Shown: positions 1-10,766, counted from the first letter of the stretch. The stretch is DNA of 64,000 nucleotides from Bdellovibrionales bacterium (GCA_965197425.1 CBDANC010000015.1:192001-256000), one strand, 5' to 3'. Notes: generated from the sequence alone by a model not told the origin. Made by a program: numbers and translations.

Positions 1-1051
1 GAATTTTTCCTGTACTAGGAACACCATTGCTTTCAGCATAAACCCTACACTCTATAGCATGTCCTTTGGGTTTTATACCTTCAAGGCTGCTTGGAAGTTT
101 TCCCTTACTTGCGATATAAATTTGTAACTCTACCAAATCTAAATCTAAGATCATTTCTGTTACAGGATGTTCTACCTGTAACCTGGTGTTCATTTCTAAA
201 AAATAAAAATTATTTTCAAATAACAAAAACTCTACTGTACCAGCATTTCTATAACCTACAGCTTTAGCTGCTTTAATTGCAGAGGCTGCCATACGTTGTC
301 TCAAATCAGAAGTGAGGGCAGGGCAAGGGGCTTCTTCAATTACCTTTTGATGTCTTCTTTGAACACTGCACTCTCTCTCATATAAGTGAACCACATTTTT
401 TCCATCACCCAAAATTTGAAACTCAACATGCTTGGCCCCATCTAAGTACTTTTCTAAAAAAATTTTTCCAGAATTAAATGAGGCTTCTGATTCTCTTCTG
501 GCAGACTCAAGGTTTTTGTGAAAATCAGATTCACTTCTGCAAATTCTTATCCCTCTACCACCACCTCCAAAACTAGCTTTTATTAATAACGGAAAACCGA
601 TACGCTTGGCTTCCTTCAACAAGGTATCCTTATCTTGAATATCTTCATTATAACCAGGGATAATTGGAATACCTGCTTTTTTACACAATCTTCTTGCGGT
701 AGTTTTATCACCCATTTTAGAAATAGTATCAGCACTAGGACCTATAAAAATAATACCTGTATCTTCCACACGTTCTGCAAAAGTAGCATTCTCAGATAAA
801 AATCCAAACCCTGGATGAACGGCATCTGCTTTGGATTTTTCTAAACCAACCAAAACCTTGTCTATATCCAGATAACTGTCGTGAGGTCCTATCAAAATAC
901 ATTCATCAGCTTCAAAATATGCTTTCGTATTTTTTTCATCTACATCAGAATACAAAAGTACAGTCTTGATCCCCAGCTTCTTACAGGTCTTTATGATCCT
1001 TAAAGCTACTTCACCTCTATTGGCTATCGCTATTTTATTAATTTCACCCAC
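1..1051 (-). CDS. Acyl-CoA (probably methylcrotonyl-CoA) carboxylase, biotin carboxylase subunit; runs off the window start
   Basis: Not in the ORF track. Reverse-strand translation from GTG at 1051 reads MGEINKIAIANRGEVALRIIKTC, followed by HPGFGFLSEN, GGGGRG, RECSVQRRHQKVIEEAP and FLEMNTRLQVEHPVTE. Lies downstream of the carboxyltransferase and hydratase genes. Confidence 0.93.
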   Translation of the reverse strand, partial: MGEINKIAIANRGEVALRIIKTCKKLGIKTVLLYSDVDEKNTKAYFEADECILIGPHDSYLDIDKVLVGLEKSKADAVHPGFGFLSENATFAERVEDTGIIFIGPSADTISKMGDKTTARRLCKKAGIPIIPGYNEDIQDKDTLLKEAKRIGFPLLIKASFGGGGRGIRICRSESDFHKNLESARRESEASFNSGKIFLEKYLDGAKHVEFQILGDGKNVVHLYERECSVQRRHQKVIEEAPCPALTSDLRQRMAASAIKAAKAVGYRNAGTVEFLLFENNFYFLEMNTRLQVEHPVTEMILDLDLVELQIYIASKGKLPSSLEGIKPKGHAIECRVYAESNGVPSTGKI

Positions 1052-1058
1052 TGTATTG

Positions 1059-1817
1059 CTATTTTCTTTTCTTGAAAAATGACTCTATGCCTTTCCTGGC
1101 TTCTTCACTCACTCTCACATCAGCTATCAACTCTATACAATAATTTTTTAAATCATCTGGTATAGAATGCCTGTTGATTTTTTTTATAAGCCTCTTAGTA
1201 TGCCTAGTGGCGCTGTAACCCACATTATTAAATGAATCTATCTTTTTTAAAATATACTCATCTACTTGCAAATCATTGCCAACAAAGTGAACTAAGTTTT
1301 TATTCAAAGCTGTGGTTGCATCAAATGTGTCTCCTGTTAACATAAGTTCCATTGCAGAAGAATAACCCAGTTTAAACAAAACATAAGAACTTATTACAGA
1401 AGGAACTATACCTACTTTGGCTTCCGCAAATAAAAATTTGGTTTGTATCTCACAAGCCACTATGTCACATAGACTAACAATACCAATACCTCCACCAGAG
1501 GCAGCACCATGTACTTTGGCAATTATAGGGTGAGGACATTTGTCAATTGTTTCAAATAAATTAGATAAAATAGTGGCATCTTCTACATTTTCCTCTCTAG
1601 AAGAATTTATAAAAGACCTCATATAATTTAAATCAGCACCAGAACAAAAACTCTTACCAGCCCCTTTAACAACAACCACCAACACATCTTTAGATTTACT
1701 TACATCTTTAAAAGCTTCTGTTAGTTTTAAAATCATCTCCCTATTTAAAGCATTTCTAACTTCCGGCCTGTTCAATACAATTTCTACTACTCTGTTATTT
1801 TTTGAAACTTTCAACAT
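1059..1817 (-). CDS. liuC: Enoyl-CoA hydratase family protein (methylglutaconyl-CoA hydratase-like)
   Basis: LNRPEVRNAL, FCSGADL and GGGIG crotonase motifs; sits between carboxylase subunits. The ATG at 1817 is preferred over the ORF-track start 1862, which overlaps the upstream gene. Confidence 0.85.
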   Translation of the reverse strand: MLKVSKNNRVVEIVLNRPEVRNALNREMILKLTEAFKDVSKSKDVLVVVVKGAGKSFCSGADLNYMRSFINSSREENVEDATILSNLFETIDKCPHPIIAKVHGAASGGGIGIVSLCDIVACEIQTKFLFAEAKVGIVPSVISSYVLFKLGYSSAMELMLTGDTFDATTALNKNLVHFVGNDLQVDEYILKKIDSFNNVGYSATRHTKRLIKKINRHSIPDDLKNYCIELIADVRVSEEARKGIESFFKKRK

Positions 1818-1818
1818 T

Positions 1819-3423
1819 TTACATCCTGAAAATTCCGTTTGTTGTTGGCTTCTCTTCTCCATAAAGACTCATTTCTATCCCTAAGCTCAAAACTTTTCTT
1901 GTATCTAAAGGATCAATTATTCCATCATCCCAAATGCGGGCAGTAGAATAATAAGCAGAACTCTCTAGGTTGTATTTTTCCAAAATAGGTTTTTCAAACT
2001 CTTTAATCTCTTTTTCACTCATCTCTATGCCTTTCTTTTTAAGAGAATCTATCTTGACTGTGGATAAAACTTTACTGGCTTGCTCTCCGCCCATAACACT
2101 AATCCTAGAATTTGGCCACATCCAAAGTTGCCTAGGGCCATAAGCTCTCCCGCACATTGCATAGTTACCCGCACCATATGATCCGCCTATAACAACAGTA
2201 AATTTAGCAACATTAGCATTGCTCACAGCCATTACCATCTTTGCTCCGTCCTTTGCTATGCCTTTGTTCTCGTACTCTTTTCCAACCATAAAACCAGTTA
2301 TGTTATGAATAAACACAAGAGGAATATGCCTTTTTGTACACAGTCCAATAAAATGAGTAGCCTTTAAAGCACTCTCACTTAAAAGGACTCCATTGTTTGC
2401 GATTATACCTACCTCAAAACCATCTATAGCAGCAAACCCAGTGACTATAGAATCTGTATAAAATTTCTTAAATTCAGAAAATCTACTACCGTCTACTAAT
2501 CTAGAAATAATCTCTCTAACATCAAAAGTTTTTCTTAAATCTTTTGGAATAACACCATATAACTCATTTGGATCATAAAAAGGCTCTTCTGATTTAAATC
2601 GCCTAACCGATCTTGGTTTTTTATTCATATAAGTAACAAGGTTCCTACAAATCTCTATTGCATGATAGTCATCAGATGCTAGGTGATCTGTTACACCACT
2701 TTTAGTGCAGTGAACCCTTGCACCACCCAAATCCTCATCAGATACTTCTTCACCCGTAGCAGCTTTAACCAAAGGAGGGCCACCTAAAAATATTGTGCCG
2801 GTTTTTTCTACAATGATATTTTCATCACACATAGCAGGTATATATGCTCCACCTGCAGTACAACTGCCCATCACTATTGCAATTTGACCTATTCCATTTT
2901 TAGACATCACAGACTGGTTATAAAAAATCCTTCCAAAGTGATCTCTGTCAGGGAAAACTTGTGCTTGCATAGGTAAGAACGCGCCCCCACTGTCTACCAT
3001 GTAAATACAAGTAAGATTGTTTTCAATTGCAATTTCCTGAGCTCTCAGATGCTTTTTTACTGTCATAGGAAAATATGTACCGCCCTTTACAGTCGCATCG
3101 TTAGCTACTATAACGCATGGAAGAGAGCAAATCATACCCACACCAGTGATTATGCCAGCGCATGGGTTTTGGTTATTGTACATATCAATGCTGGCGAGAG
3201 AAGAAAATTCAATAAATGTTGTGTTGTTATCAATTAATGCATTTACTCTTTCCCTTGCTGTAAGCTTCCCTCTGCCTTTGTGCCTCTTTATGGACTCCCT
3301 ACTACCACCTTGTTTTACTTGTGATTCTCTTTTTTTAAACTCACTCACCAAAGATGACATATATTCATGGTTTGTTTTGTAATCATGGCTTTTGGTGTTA
3401 ATGTTAGATTTAATAAGGGACAT
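1819..3423 (-). CDS. liuB: Methylcrotonyl-CoA carboxylase beta (carboxyltransferase) subunit
   Basis: ANDATVKGGTY, GSCTAGGAYIPAM, GAGNYAMCGRAY and ARIWDDGIIDP motifs. Confidence 0.92.
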   Translation of the reverse strand: MSLIKSNINTKSHDYKTNHEYMSSLVSEFKKRESQVKQGGSRESIKRHKGRGKLTARERVNALIDNNTTFIEFSSLASIDMYNNQNPCAGIITGVGMICSLPCVIVANDATVKGGTYFPMTVKKHLRAQEIAIENNLTCIYMVDSGGAFLPMQAQVFPDRDHFGRIFYNQSVMSKNGIGQIAIVMGSCTAGGAYIPAMCDENIIVEKTGTIFLGGPPLVKAATGEEVSDEDLGGARVHCTKSGVTDHLASDDYHAIEICRNLVTYMNKKPRSVRRFKSEEPFYDPNELYGVIPKDLRKTFDVREIISRLVDGSRFSEFKKFYTDSIVTGFAAIDGFEVGIIANNGVLLSESALKATHFIGLCTKRHIPLVFIHNITGFMVGKEYENKGIAKDGAKMVMAVSNANVAKFTVVIGGSYGAGNYAMCGRAYGPRQLWMWPNSRISVMGGEQASKVLSTVKIDSLKKKGIEMSEKEIKEFEKPILEKYNLESSAYYSTARIWDDGIIDPLDTRKVLSLGIEMSLYGEEKPTTNGIFRM

Positions 3424-3533
3424 AAGTTAGAATCTGACACAAACAAAATGCGTTAGCAATTATGTTCGCTATGTGTCTTAACTTTATAGGTCTTAATTTT
3501 ATAGATCTTTAGTTTTTTTAATGAGGTTAATAT

Positions 3534-3944
3534 ATGAATTGGCCGAGTCAGGTTATAGTTTACACAGACGGTGCAAGCAGGGGAAATCCAGGGCCGGCAT
3601 CTATAGGAGTTCACATAACCGACAAAAATGGTAAAAGTATACAAGAAATAAGTGAATACCTAGGAGAAGGGACCAATAATTTTGCAGAATACTCTGCAGT
3701 AATAAAAGCGCTAGAACTTTCTATTGAACACAAAGTTAGTAATATTTTAATTAGATCAGATAGCGAACTTCTAGTAAAGCAACTTAACGGTGAATATAAA
3801 GTAAAATCTAAATCTATAATTGGATTGTACAAAAAAGTAAAAGAGCTACTTTTAAAGATAGAACATTATGGTTTTGAACACGTAAGAAGAGAAAACAATA
3901 CCAAAGCAGACAGTCTAGCAAATATGGCCTTAGATGAAAGATAA
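3534..3944 (+). CDS. rnhA: Ribonuclease HI family protein
   Basis: YTDGASRGNPGPA, TNNFAEY, DSELLVKQ and HVRRENNTKADSLAN motifs. Confidence 0.92.
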   Translation: MNWPSQVIVYTDGASRGNPGPASIGVHITDKNGKSIQEISEYLGEGTNNFAEYSAVIKALELSIEHKVSNILIRSDSELLVKQLNGEYKVKSKSIIGLYKKVKELLLKIEHYGFEHVRRENNTKADSLANMALDER

Positions 3945-4129
3945 TAAAACCAGCTTAGTATATATAAAACAATGTATTAGCACAGTATAGGTCGGGATTG
4001 TATTTTTTATAAAAGCCTTTTGCGAATTTGAATAAATATAAAAACTTTAATTTTTCCCTCTTTGAGGACTAAAATCTATATTGTTGGGAAGACAAATTGA
4101 AGTGGGCTTATTTTTATGTTAGTTTTTTC

Positions 4130-4460
4130 TTGTTTTGGGTTTGGTGTGCATTCGCTTTTTAAAAAGAGGAAAGTCCGGACTCCACATGGCGGCACAAAGG
4201 GTAACGCCCTTCCACTGTTTATTTTTTAATTTATAGTGAGGACAAGTGGAACAGAAAGTATGTACAGGACTATTTTTAGTTGCTGTAGTGAAATCAGCTA
4301 AACTCTGTGCGGAGCAAGATCAAATAGAGGAACATTTGAATGTAGCCAGCATGAAGTTCCTGGGTGAGATCGCTTGAGGGTGGCAGTAATGTCACTCCCA
4401 GATGGATGAATGCAAAGGGAAATCCTTACAGAATCCGGCTTATAGCCAAACCCAAAACAA
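4130..4460 (+). ncRNA. rnpB: RNase P RNA
   Basis: Conserved GAGGAAAGTCCGGACTCC near the 5' end and ACAGAATCCGGCTTATA near the 3' end. The terminal P1 helix ttgttttgggtttgg (4130-4144) pairs with ccaaacccaaaacaa (4446-4460). Confidence 0.95.
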
Positions 4461-4505
4461 CTCTTTTTACCTCAAAAAATATATAAAAAATCCGAGTCAT
4501 TATGT

Positions 4506-6053
4506 ATGAGTTTTACAAAATTACTCCTCTTTGTGGGTTTCTTTTTGTTTTTCGAAATTATGAGTATTCCATCCTATGGAAATTCAGAATTCCCCTATGT
4601 AGAAGGGGAAGTTTTGGTCAAATATAAAAATGGTACACCAGAGGTTAAAAGACATAATATGCAAGGTAAAATGGGATCGGGAATTGGTCTTGAGGGTGCC
4701 TATGAAACTCTAAATGTGTATCATTATAAGACAAATAATGGAGCTTCTTACACAACAGAACAGTTGGTAGATATTTTTAAAAAAGATCCTGAAGTAGAAA
4801 TTGTGGAACCTAATTACATAATCACTGTAGATGATCCTGATTTTATCATGCCACCAACTAGGGTGACATCTCTAACAGAAGAAGAATTGGAATATAAAAA
4901 TGAAACCGTTAATACCATGAAAATATTAGATGGTTGGAATGAAATTGGATACACAACAGAACAAACAGTAGTCGCAGTACTAGATACAGGAATACAAATC
5001 AATCATGAGTCTTTAAAAGATTTTTTGTGGATAAATGACAGAGAAATTGAAAATGGAATAGATGATGACAAAAATGGATTCATAGATGATGTTTACGGTT
5101 GGAATTTTGTAGATGGAAACAACAATTTAGATGATATATCTGGGCATGGTACAGGCGTTGCGGGAGTAATAAAGCAAACCTTTGGTGACTTACTTACAGA
5201 TGATGTTTCTGACAGAGTTACAAATATATCAATAATGCCAATAAAGTTTATGACCTTGGATCCTTTAATCAATAAATCTGTAGGTAATACGGCGGATGCA
5301 TTAGCTGCTATGGACTATGCTAATAAGAATGGGGCGAGCGTGATAAATGCTTCTTGGGGTGATTACTCGAAAAGCATCTTTTTAGAAGAAATAATTTATG
5401 AAAGCTATAAAAAAAATATTGCTTTTGTATCTGCAGCAGGAAATAGTTCCAGGTTTGGAAATAATAATGACATAACACCTTATTACCCATCAAATTTTAA
5501 AGTACCAAATGTTATTTCAGTAGGTGCTAGTGCTCTGGATGATGTGTTAACCAGATCTTCTAACTATGGAAGTAAAACTGTCCATCTAGCAGCACCTGGA
5601 CATTCTGTATGGACAACAACAAGTGATGAAAGTGATGTTTCATATTATGTTCAAACCAGTGGTACTAGTATATCTACTCCTTTTGTTGCAGGAGCTGCTG
5701 CTATACTTATGAACCTCAGACCAGATTTGCCAGTACATCAAATAAAAGATATTTTACTTAATTCATCTGATAGAGTAACTCCCTTGGAAAATAAAATACA
5801 AAATGCGCGTAGATTGAATATGCTTAACTCAGTAATAGATGTTTATAATGCAAAGAGAGATACAAGACCAAACACATATGAATTTAGCTCTCTCTCAGAA
5901 GATCCAAACTCTAGTGGTTGTGGTCTGATTTCGTCCAATACAATAGGGGGAAACAATCAAACAAATGTTAGTATATTTCTATCATTTTTTATGTTAGCCA
6001 TACCATTTATACTTTGCCTAAGATTGAGGTTAGGGTTAAACTTCTCCAGTTAA
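4506..6053 (+). CDS. Secreted subtilisin-like S8 serine protease with C-terminal membrane anchor
   Basis: Signal peptide; catalytic motifs VAVLDTG, GHGTGVAG, AAGN and SGTSISTPFVAG; C-terminal SSGCG, hydrophobic helix and Arg residues. Confidence 0.92.
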   Translation: MSFTKLLLFVGFFLFFEIMSIPSYGNSEFPYVEGEVLVKYKNGTPEVKRHNMQGKMGSGIGLEGAYETLNVYHYKTNNGASYTTEQLVDIFKKDPEVEIVEPNYIITVDDPDFIMPPTRVTSLTEEELEYKNETVNTMKILDGWNEIGYTTEQTVVAVLDTGIQINHESLKDFLWINDREIENGIDDDKNGFIDDVYGWNFVDGNNNLDDISGHGTGVAGVIKQTFGDLLTDDVSDRVTNISIMPIKFMTLDPLINKSVGNTADALAAMDYANKNGASVINASWGDYSKSIFLEEIIYESYKKNIAFVSAAGNSSRFGNNNDITPYYPSNFKVPNVISVGASALDDVLTRSSNYGSKTVHLAAPGHSVWTTTSDESDVSYYVQTSGTSISTPFVAGAAAILMNLRPDLPVHQIKDILLNSSDRVTPLENKIQNARRLNMLNSVIDVYNAKRDTRPNTYEFSSLSEDPNSSGCGLISSNTIGGNNQTNVSIFLSFFMLAIPFILCLRLRLGLNFSS

Positions 6054-6911
6054 TGGAGAGAAAAAATCAAATTTATACAATTTAAAATCTTATTTATAAG
6101 TCTTATTGTATACTCCACGAAACTTAGTGCGGGATTTTTATCTGTAAGCGGAAACCCCAGTCTTACAGTAAATCTGCAAGGTGATCTGGTAAAAGTAACT
6201 GGTAAAATTGAGCTTAAAAACTCAGGAGATGAAGATGCAGTTGATGTTTTTCCTGAAATTGCTATAGGAGAATTACGTTACACAGGTGAACCTATAAGAC
6301 TTGGACCTAATGATGACAACAATACCTGGAACTTTGAATTAAACTCTAATATAAATAATTTGTCGGATGATAATTTGTCACAATTTGGAAGATGGCCTGT
6401 TTTTATAACCAGGCATTACAGTGATGTTAATGGACACACTTTTTCTGGTATTGATGTTTCAGATCTAATCTTAAGTGAAGACAATATAGACGGAAATTTT
6501 CTTCGTATAAGCCCATTTGTAATTAAAGTGCAACTTGGTAAAAGAAAAAAATTTAAAGCCAAAGTACATATTACCAATCAGTCAGATAAGTCTTATGTAA
6601 CTACCCTGCAAATTTGGGCAGCAAAGGAATTTCTGATTCCAGAAGCTAAAAAAATATCCATAAATCCAAATCAATCTGTTGAAACTGAATTTAAGATAGA
6701 AAATATTAGAGGTTCTGAAGGGAGTAAATATCCAATATTTGTTGTGATAGAGTATGAAGATCAGGGTTTCAGAAGTTTTCAGTCTATATACAATACATAC
6801 AACATTACAAACTACAATTTTAATATAGTTTGGATCATATTTTCCTCAATTTCTGGGTTGATTATAATAGCAAGTATTATTTTTCTTTTGAAAAGCGAAG
6901 ATAAATCTTAA
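6053..6911 (+). CDS. Putative exported beta-rich protein with C-terminal TM helix; start is frameshifted or non-canonical
   Basis: The frame of ORF 6360-6911 is open back to 6054 and encodes a signal-peptide-like stretch (KIKFIQFKILFISLIVYSTKLSA). The ATG at 6053 is one base out of frame across an A6 run. Confidence 0.65.
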
Positions 6912-6924
6912 ATGCTTTAAATTT

Positions 6925-9201
6925 TTAGCTCTTATTTCTAGATCTTCGTTCCTGAACCTGTACAGCAGTTAGTGCTACCGTATTTACTATGTCATTAACC
7001 CCACAAGTTCTTTGTAATACATTTGCAGGTCTTCTGACTCCCATTAAAAATGGACCTAGTACCTCACCTTTGCCTAATTGCTGAACCATTTTGTATGCGA
7101 TATTCCCTGCATCCAAGTCAGGAAAGATCAAAATATTTGCACCATTTTTTATAGATGAAAACGGGAATAGCTCAGATATAATTTCAGGGTTTAGTGCTGT
7201 ATCAGCTTGCATTTCACCATCTACTTTGATTTCGGGATAGTGCTTTCTCACAAGCTCTACAGCCTCTTTCATCTTTTTTGGATTATCATGTTGAGATGAA
7301 AAATTCGAAAAACTAAGCATAGCCACCCTGGGTTCTATATGAAAATATCTGGCAACATCTGCTGCATGTGCAGCAATATGTGAAAGCTCACTTGCACTTG
7401 GGTTGACATTTAAAGTGACGTCAGCAAACAAATACACTTTTTGATTTATTATCATTATTATAAGACCGGCTGCTACACCTTTTTTTGTTGTTCCAATTAT
7501 CTCTAAAATTGGTCTTACACTGTCTGCGTAATTTTGTGCGGCTCCAGTTATCATTGCATCTGAGTCACCTAAAGCGGTTGACATAGAGGCAAAGTAATTT
7601 GGATCTTTCATAAGTCTTAGGGCTTCTTCCATATGTACGCCCTTTCTGTGTCTTAATTTGTAGAGTTGTTTTACATATGAATCATACTTTTTGTGCATGT
7701 TGGGTCTTTCTATATGCACATCTTTTAGAGAATCTAAATTTAGTTCTTTTGCTTTATTTAAAATAAATTCTTTGTAGCCCAATAAGAATGGTTCTGCTAT
7801 TTTTTCCTCTACAATTATATTGACTGCTTTTAATATTTTTTCACTATGGCCCTCTGGAAAAATTATCTTAGGAAGTTTTGAATTTTTAGCTCTTTTCTTT
7901 ACCTTATTTATTGCCTCTCTTATAAAACCTTTTGAAGCTCCTTGTAGGCTTTCTAACTTTTGCTTATAAGCTTCATAGTTTTTTATAGGTATTTTTGCCA
8001 CGCCAGAAGTTTCTGCTGCCTTTGCTACGGCGGTTGAAACTCTCAATAACACTCTAGGATCAAATGGTTTTGGTATCAGGTAATCTGGTCCAAATTTAAA
8101 ACTCTTTCCTCCGTAGGCAATTGAAACACTTTCAGGCACTTCCTCTTTTGCTAATTCTGCTAAGGCATTTACAGCAGCCAATTTCATCTCTTGAGTTATA
8201 CTAGTTGCTCTAGCATCTAAAGCTCCTCTGAAAATATAAGGGAACCCCAAAAGATTATTTACTTGATTGGGTAGATCACTTCTGCCTGTAGCAATTATAG
8301 CATCTGAAGTAACTGCTTTTACTTCATCAGGCATGATCTCTGGTGTGGGGTTGGCCATTGCAAATACAATTGGTGTACTGTTCATTTGTTTGATCATATC
8401 TTTTGTAACCGCTCCACCAACAGACAGACCAATAAACACATCAGCTCCTTTTAGAGCTTGCTTTAAGGTGGTAACTTTTTTGTTGGTTACAAATTGTTTT
8501 TTATAACTATTTAGATTTTCTCTTTTGTCTGTTATAGGACCTTTAGAATCGCACATTATGATGTTATCTTTCTTAGCCCCAAGACTTATAAATATGTTAG
8601 CGCACGCTACCCCGGCAGCACCTGCTCCATTAAAAACTATTTTCAAGTCTTTTAGTTTTTTGTTTGCTATTTCTGCTGCGTTTATCAGTCCGGCACCTGA
8701 TATTATTGCTGTTCCATGTTGATCATCATGAAATACCGGGATATTTAACTCTTTCTTGAGTCTTTCTTCTATTTCAAAACACTCTGGAGCTTTTATGTCC
8801 TCTAAATTAATACCACCAAAAGTGGGTTCCAATGATTTAACAACAGATACAAATTCATCTACACTTTTTACATCTAACTCTATGTCGAAGACATCAATAT
8901 CAGCAAATCTCTTAAACAAAATGCTCTTTCCTTCCATAACAGGTTTGCCAGCTAAAGGGCCTATATTACCAAGACCTAAAACTGCTGAACCATCTGAAAT
9001 GACGGCAATTAAATTTCCCCTAGAGGTGTACTCAAATACTTTGGATGGATCATTTTGTATTTCTGTGCAAGGATATGCAACACCAGGTGAATATGCCAAA
9101 CTTAAATCCATCTCTGTATCACAAGGCTTGGTTGCAATTACCTCCAATTTGCCTTTTCTGCCACTGGAGTGAAAATTAAGTGCTTTATTTTTGAAACTCA
9201 T
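6925..9201 (-). CDS. maeB: NADP-dependent malic enzyme with phosphotransacetylase-like C-terminal domain
   Basis: LSLAYSPGVA, FGGINLEDIKAPECF, FHDDQHGTAI and ATGRSD motifs; C-terminal DGEMQAD and IFPDLDAGNIAYK. Confidence 0.96.
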   Translation of the reverse strand: MSFKNKALNFHSSGRKGKLEVIATKPCDTEMDLSLAYSPGVAYPCTEIQNDPSKVFEYTSRGNLIAVISDGSAVLGLGNIGPLAGKPVMEGKSILFKRFADIDVFDIELDVKSVDEFVSVVKSLEPTFGGINLEDIKAPECFEIEERLKKELNIPVFHDDQHGTAIISGAGLINAAEIANKKLKDLKIVFNGAGAAGVACANIFISLGAKKDNIIMCDSKGPITDKRENLNSYKKQFVTNKKVTTLKQALKGADVFIGLSVGGAVTKDMIKQMNSTPIVFAMANPTPEIMPDEVKAVTSDAIIATGRSDLPNQVNNLLGFPYIFRGALDARATSITQEMKLAAVNALAELAKEEVPESVSIAYGGKSFKFGPDYLIPKPFDPRVLLRVSTAVAKAAETSGVAKIPIKNYEAYKQKLESLQGASKGFIREAINKVKKRAKNSKLPKIIFPEGHSEKILKAVNIIVEEKIAEPFLLGYKEFILNKAKELNLDSLKDVHIERPNMHKKYDSYVKQLYKLRHRKGVHMEEALRLMKDPNYFASMSTALGDSDAMITGAAQNYADSVRPILEIIGTTKKGVAAGLIIMIINQKVYLFADVTLNVNPSASELSHIAAHAADVARYFHIEPRVAMLSFSNFSSQHDNPKKMKEAVELVRKHYPEIKVDGEMQADTALNPEIISELFPFSSIKNGANILIFPDLDAGNIAYKMVQQLGKGEVLGPFLMGVRRPANVLQRTCGVNDIVNTVALTAVQVQERRSRNKS

Positions 9202-9451
9202 ATTTCCAAGACCAAACTTACAATTATTCCATAGCCTAAAATTGTTTAATAATCCAATACTAAACTATCTGATACCTAATTAACACTGTTTTTAACTTTG
9301 AGACATTTTTTATCCTTGTGGCTAAAAGCGTTGTGTTATACAAGTTATGATAAATTTATCAATTAGACATAAATTATTAATGGTATTATACAAATCTCCT
9401 GAACACTTAATAATCTTTAATTTGCTCATTTGATATGATAGATAGGTCACT

Positions 9452-10732
9452 ATGGATAAAAGAGATGTTGTAATTGTATCTGGCATCAGAACCCCTTTTG
9501 TAAAGGCCAAGAAAGACCTTAAAGATGTGCATCCATCAGAACTAGGTAAAATTTGTCTCAAGAAGGCTGTTGATCTTATCTCGTTAAAAAAAGAAGAAAT
9601 AGACGAGGTAATAATAGGTAACACTGCCAATCCCTCCGATGCTGCTAATATCTCAAGAGTAATAGCTTTAAGAGCAGGTTTACCTGAAAGTGTATCTTCA
9701 TACACTGTACACAGAAATTGTGCTTCCGGCTTGCAAAGTGTAGCGAATGGTTTTGATAAAATAAAGATGGGTACAGCAGATACAGTTGCAGTTGGTGGAG
9801 TTGAAAATATGTCTAGTATGCCCTTGCTTTTTTCAAAAGAACTTTCCAGCTTTGTTGAAACTATATTTTCAAAATCCAAAAATAAATTAAATACTCTCAT
9901 TAAATTTAATCTCAAACATTTAAAACCAAGAATAGCTATAATGGAAGGCTTAACTGATCCGTTCTGCGGCTTAAATATGGGTGAAACTGCGCAGCTTCTG
10001 GCCAGAGAATTTAATATCACCAGAGAGGAACAGGATGAGTTTGCTCTTAGAAGCCATAAGAAAGCAACACAGGCAATCTCAAATGGAGTATTTGATAAAG
10101 AGATAACCCCGGTGTTTGTAGGACCTGAATATGACAATGTTGTGGATAAGGATATTGGACCTAGGCAAGAACAAACCTATGAGGCTTTAGAAAAACTAAA
10201 ACCATTTTTTGACAAAAGGTACGGAACCGTAACCATAGGAAACTCCTGTCCTATAACAGACGGTGCAGCTGCACTTATATTGATGAGTTATGAGAAGGCC
10301 ACATCTTTAGGTTTAAAACCAATTGCTAAGATAAGGGGATATGCATTTGCTGGACTCAATCCAGCAAGGATGGGTCTTGGCCCAGTGTATTCTACATATA
10401 AAGTATTAAAAAGAGAAAATCTAAAGCTATCGGATATCAACTCTATTGAGCTTAACGAAGCTTTTGCAGCTCAAGTACTTGCATGTCTAAAAGCCTTTGA
10501 CTGTTCCCAGTTTGCCAAAAATCATTTGGGTTTGGAATCCAAGTTAGGAGAAATTGATTTAGGCAAATTAAATCCAAACGGTGGGGCAATTGCACTAGGA
10601 CACCCTGTAGGAGCTACTGGGAGTAGGCTTGTTTTAACGTTAGCAAATAGACTTAAGCCAGAAGAATTAGGGCTTGCAACTCTTTGTATTGGTGGTGGTC
10701 AAGGCGGTGCAATGATTTTAGAAGGGCTTTAG
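9452..10732 (+). CDS. fadI: Acetyl-CoA C-acyltransferase (thiolase, FadI-like)
   Basis: NCASG, NEAFAAQ, GGAIALGHPVGATG and LCIGGGQG motifs; adjacent to a FadJ-like gene. Confidence 0.9.
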   Translation: MDKRDVVIVSGIRTPFVKAKKDLKDVHPSELGKICLKKAVDLISLKKEEIDEVIIGNTANPSDAANISRVIALRAGLPESVSSYTVHRNCASGLQSVANGFDKIKMGTADTVAVGGVENMSSMPLLFSKELSSFVETIFSKSKNKLNTLIKFNLKHLKPRIAIMEGLTDPFCGLNMGETAQLLAREFNITREEQDEFALRSHKKATQAISNGVFDKEITPVFVGPEYDNVVDKDIGPRQEQTYEALEKLKPFFDKRYGTVTIGNSCPITDGAAALILMSYEKATSLGLKPIAKIRGYAFAGLNPARMGLGPVYSTYKVLKRENLKLSDINSIELNEAFAAQVLACLKAFDCSQFAKNHLGLESKLGEIDLGKLNPNGGAIALGHPVGATGSRLVLTLANRLKPEELGLATLCIGGGQGGAMILEGL

Positions 10733-10766
10733 ATAGGACAGGAATTTCTTGTTGTAAGGGAGAACA

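Noticed and set aside
9322..10137. 271-aa ORF antisense to the thiolase, and the many other antisense ORFs in the track
   Set aside because: Shadow frames of well-supported genes with no recognisable motifs; the repeated antisense ORFs in the ankyrin and HTH genes merely mirror the repeats.
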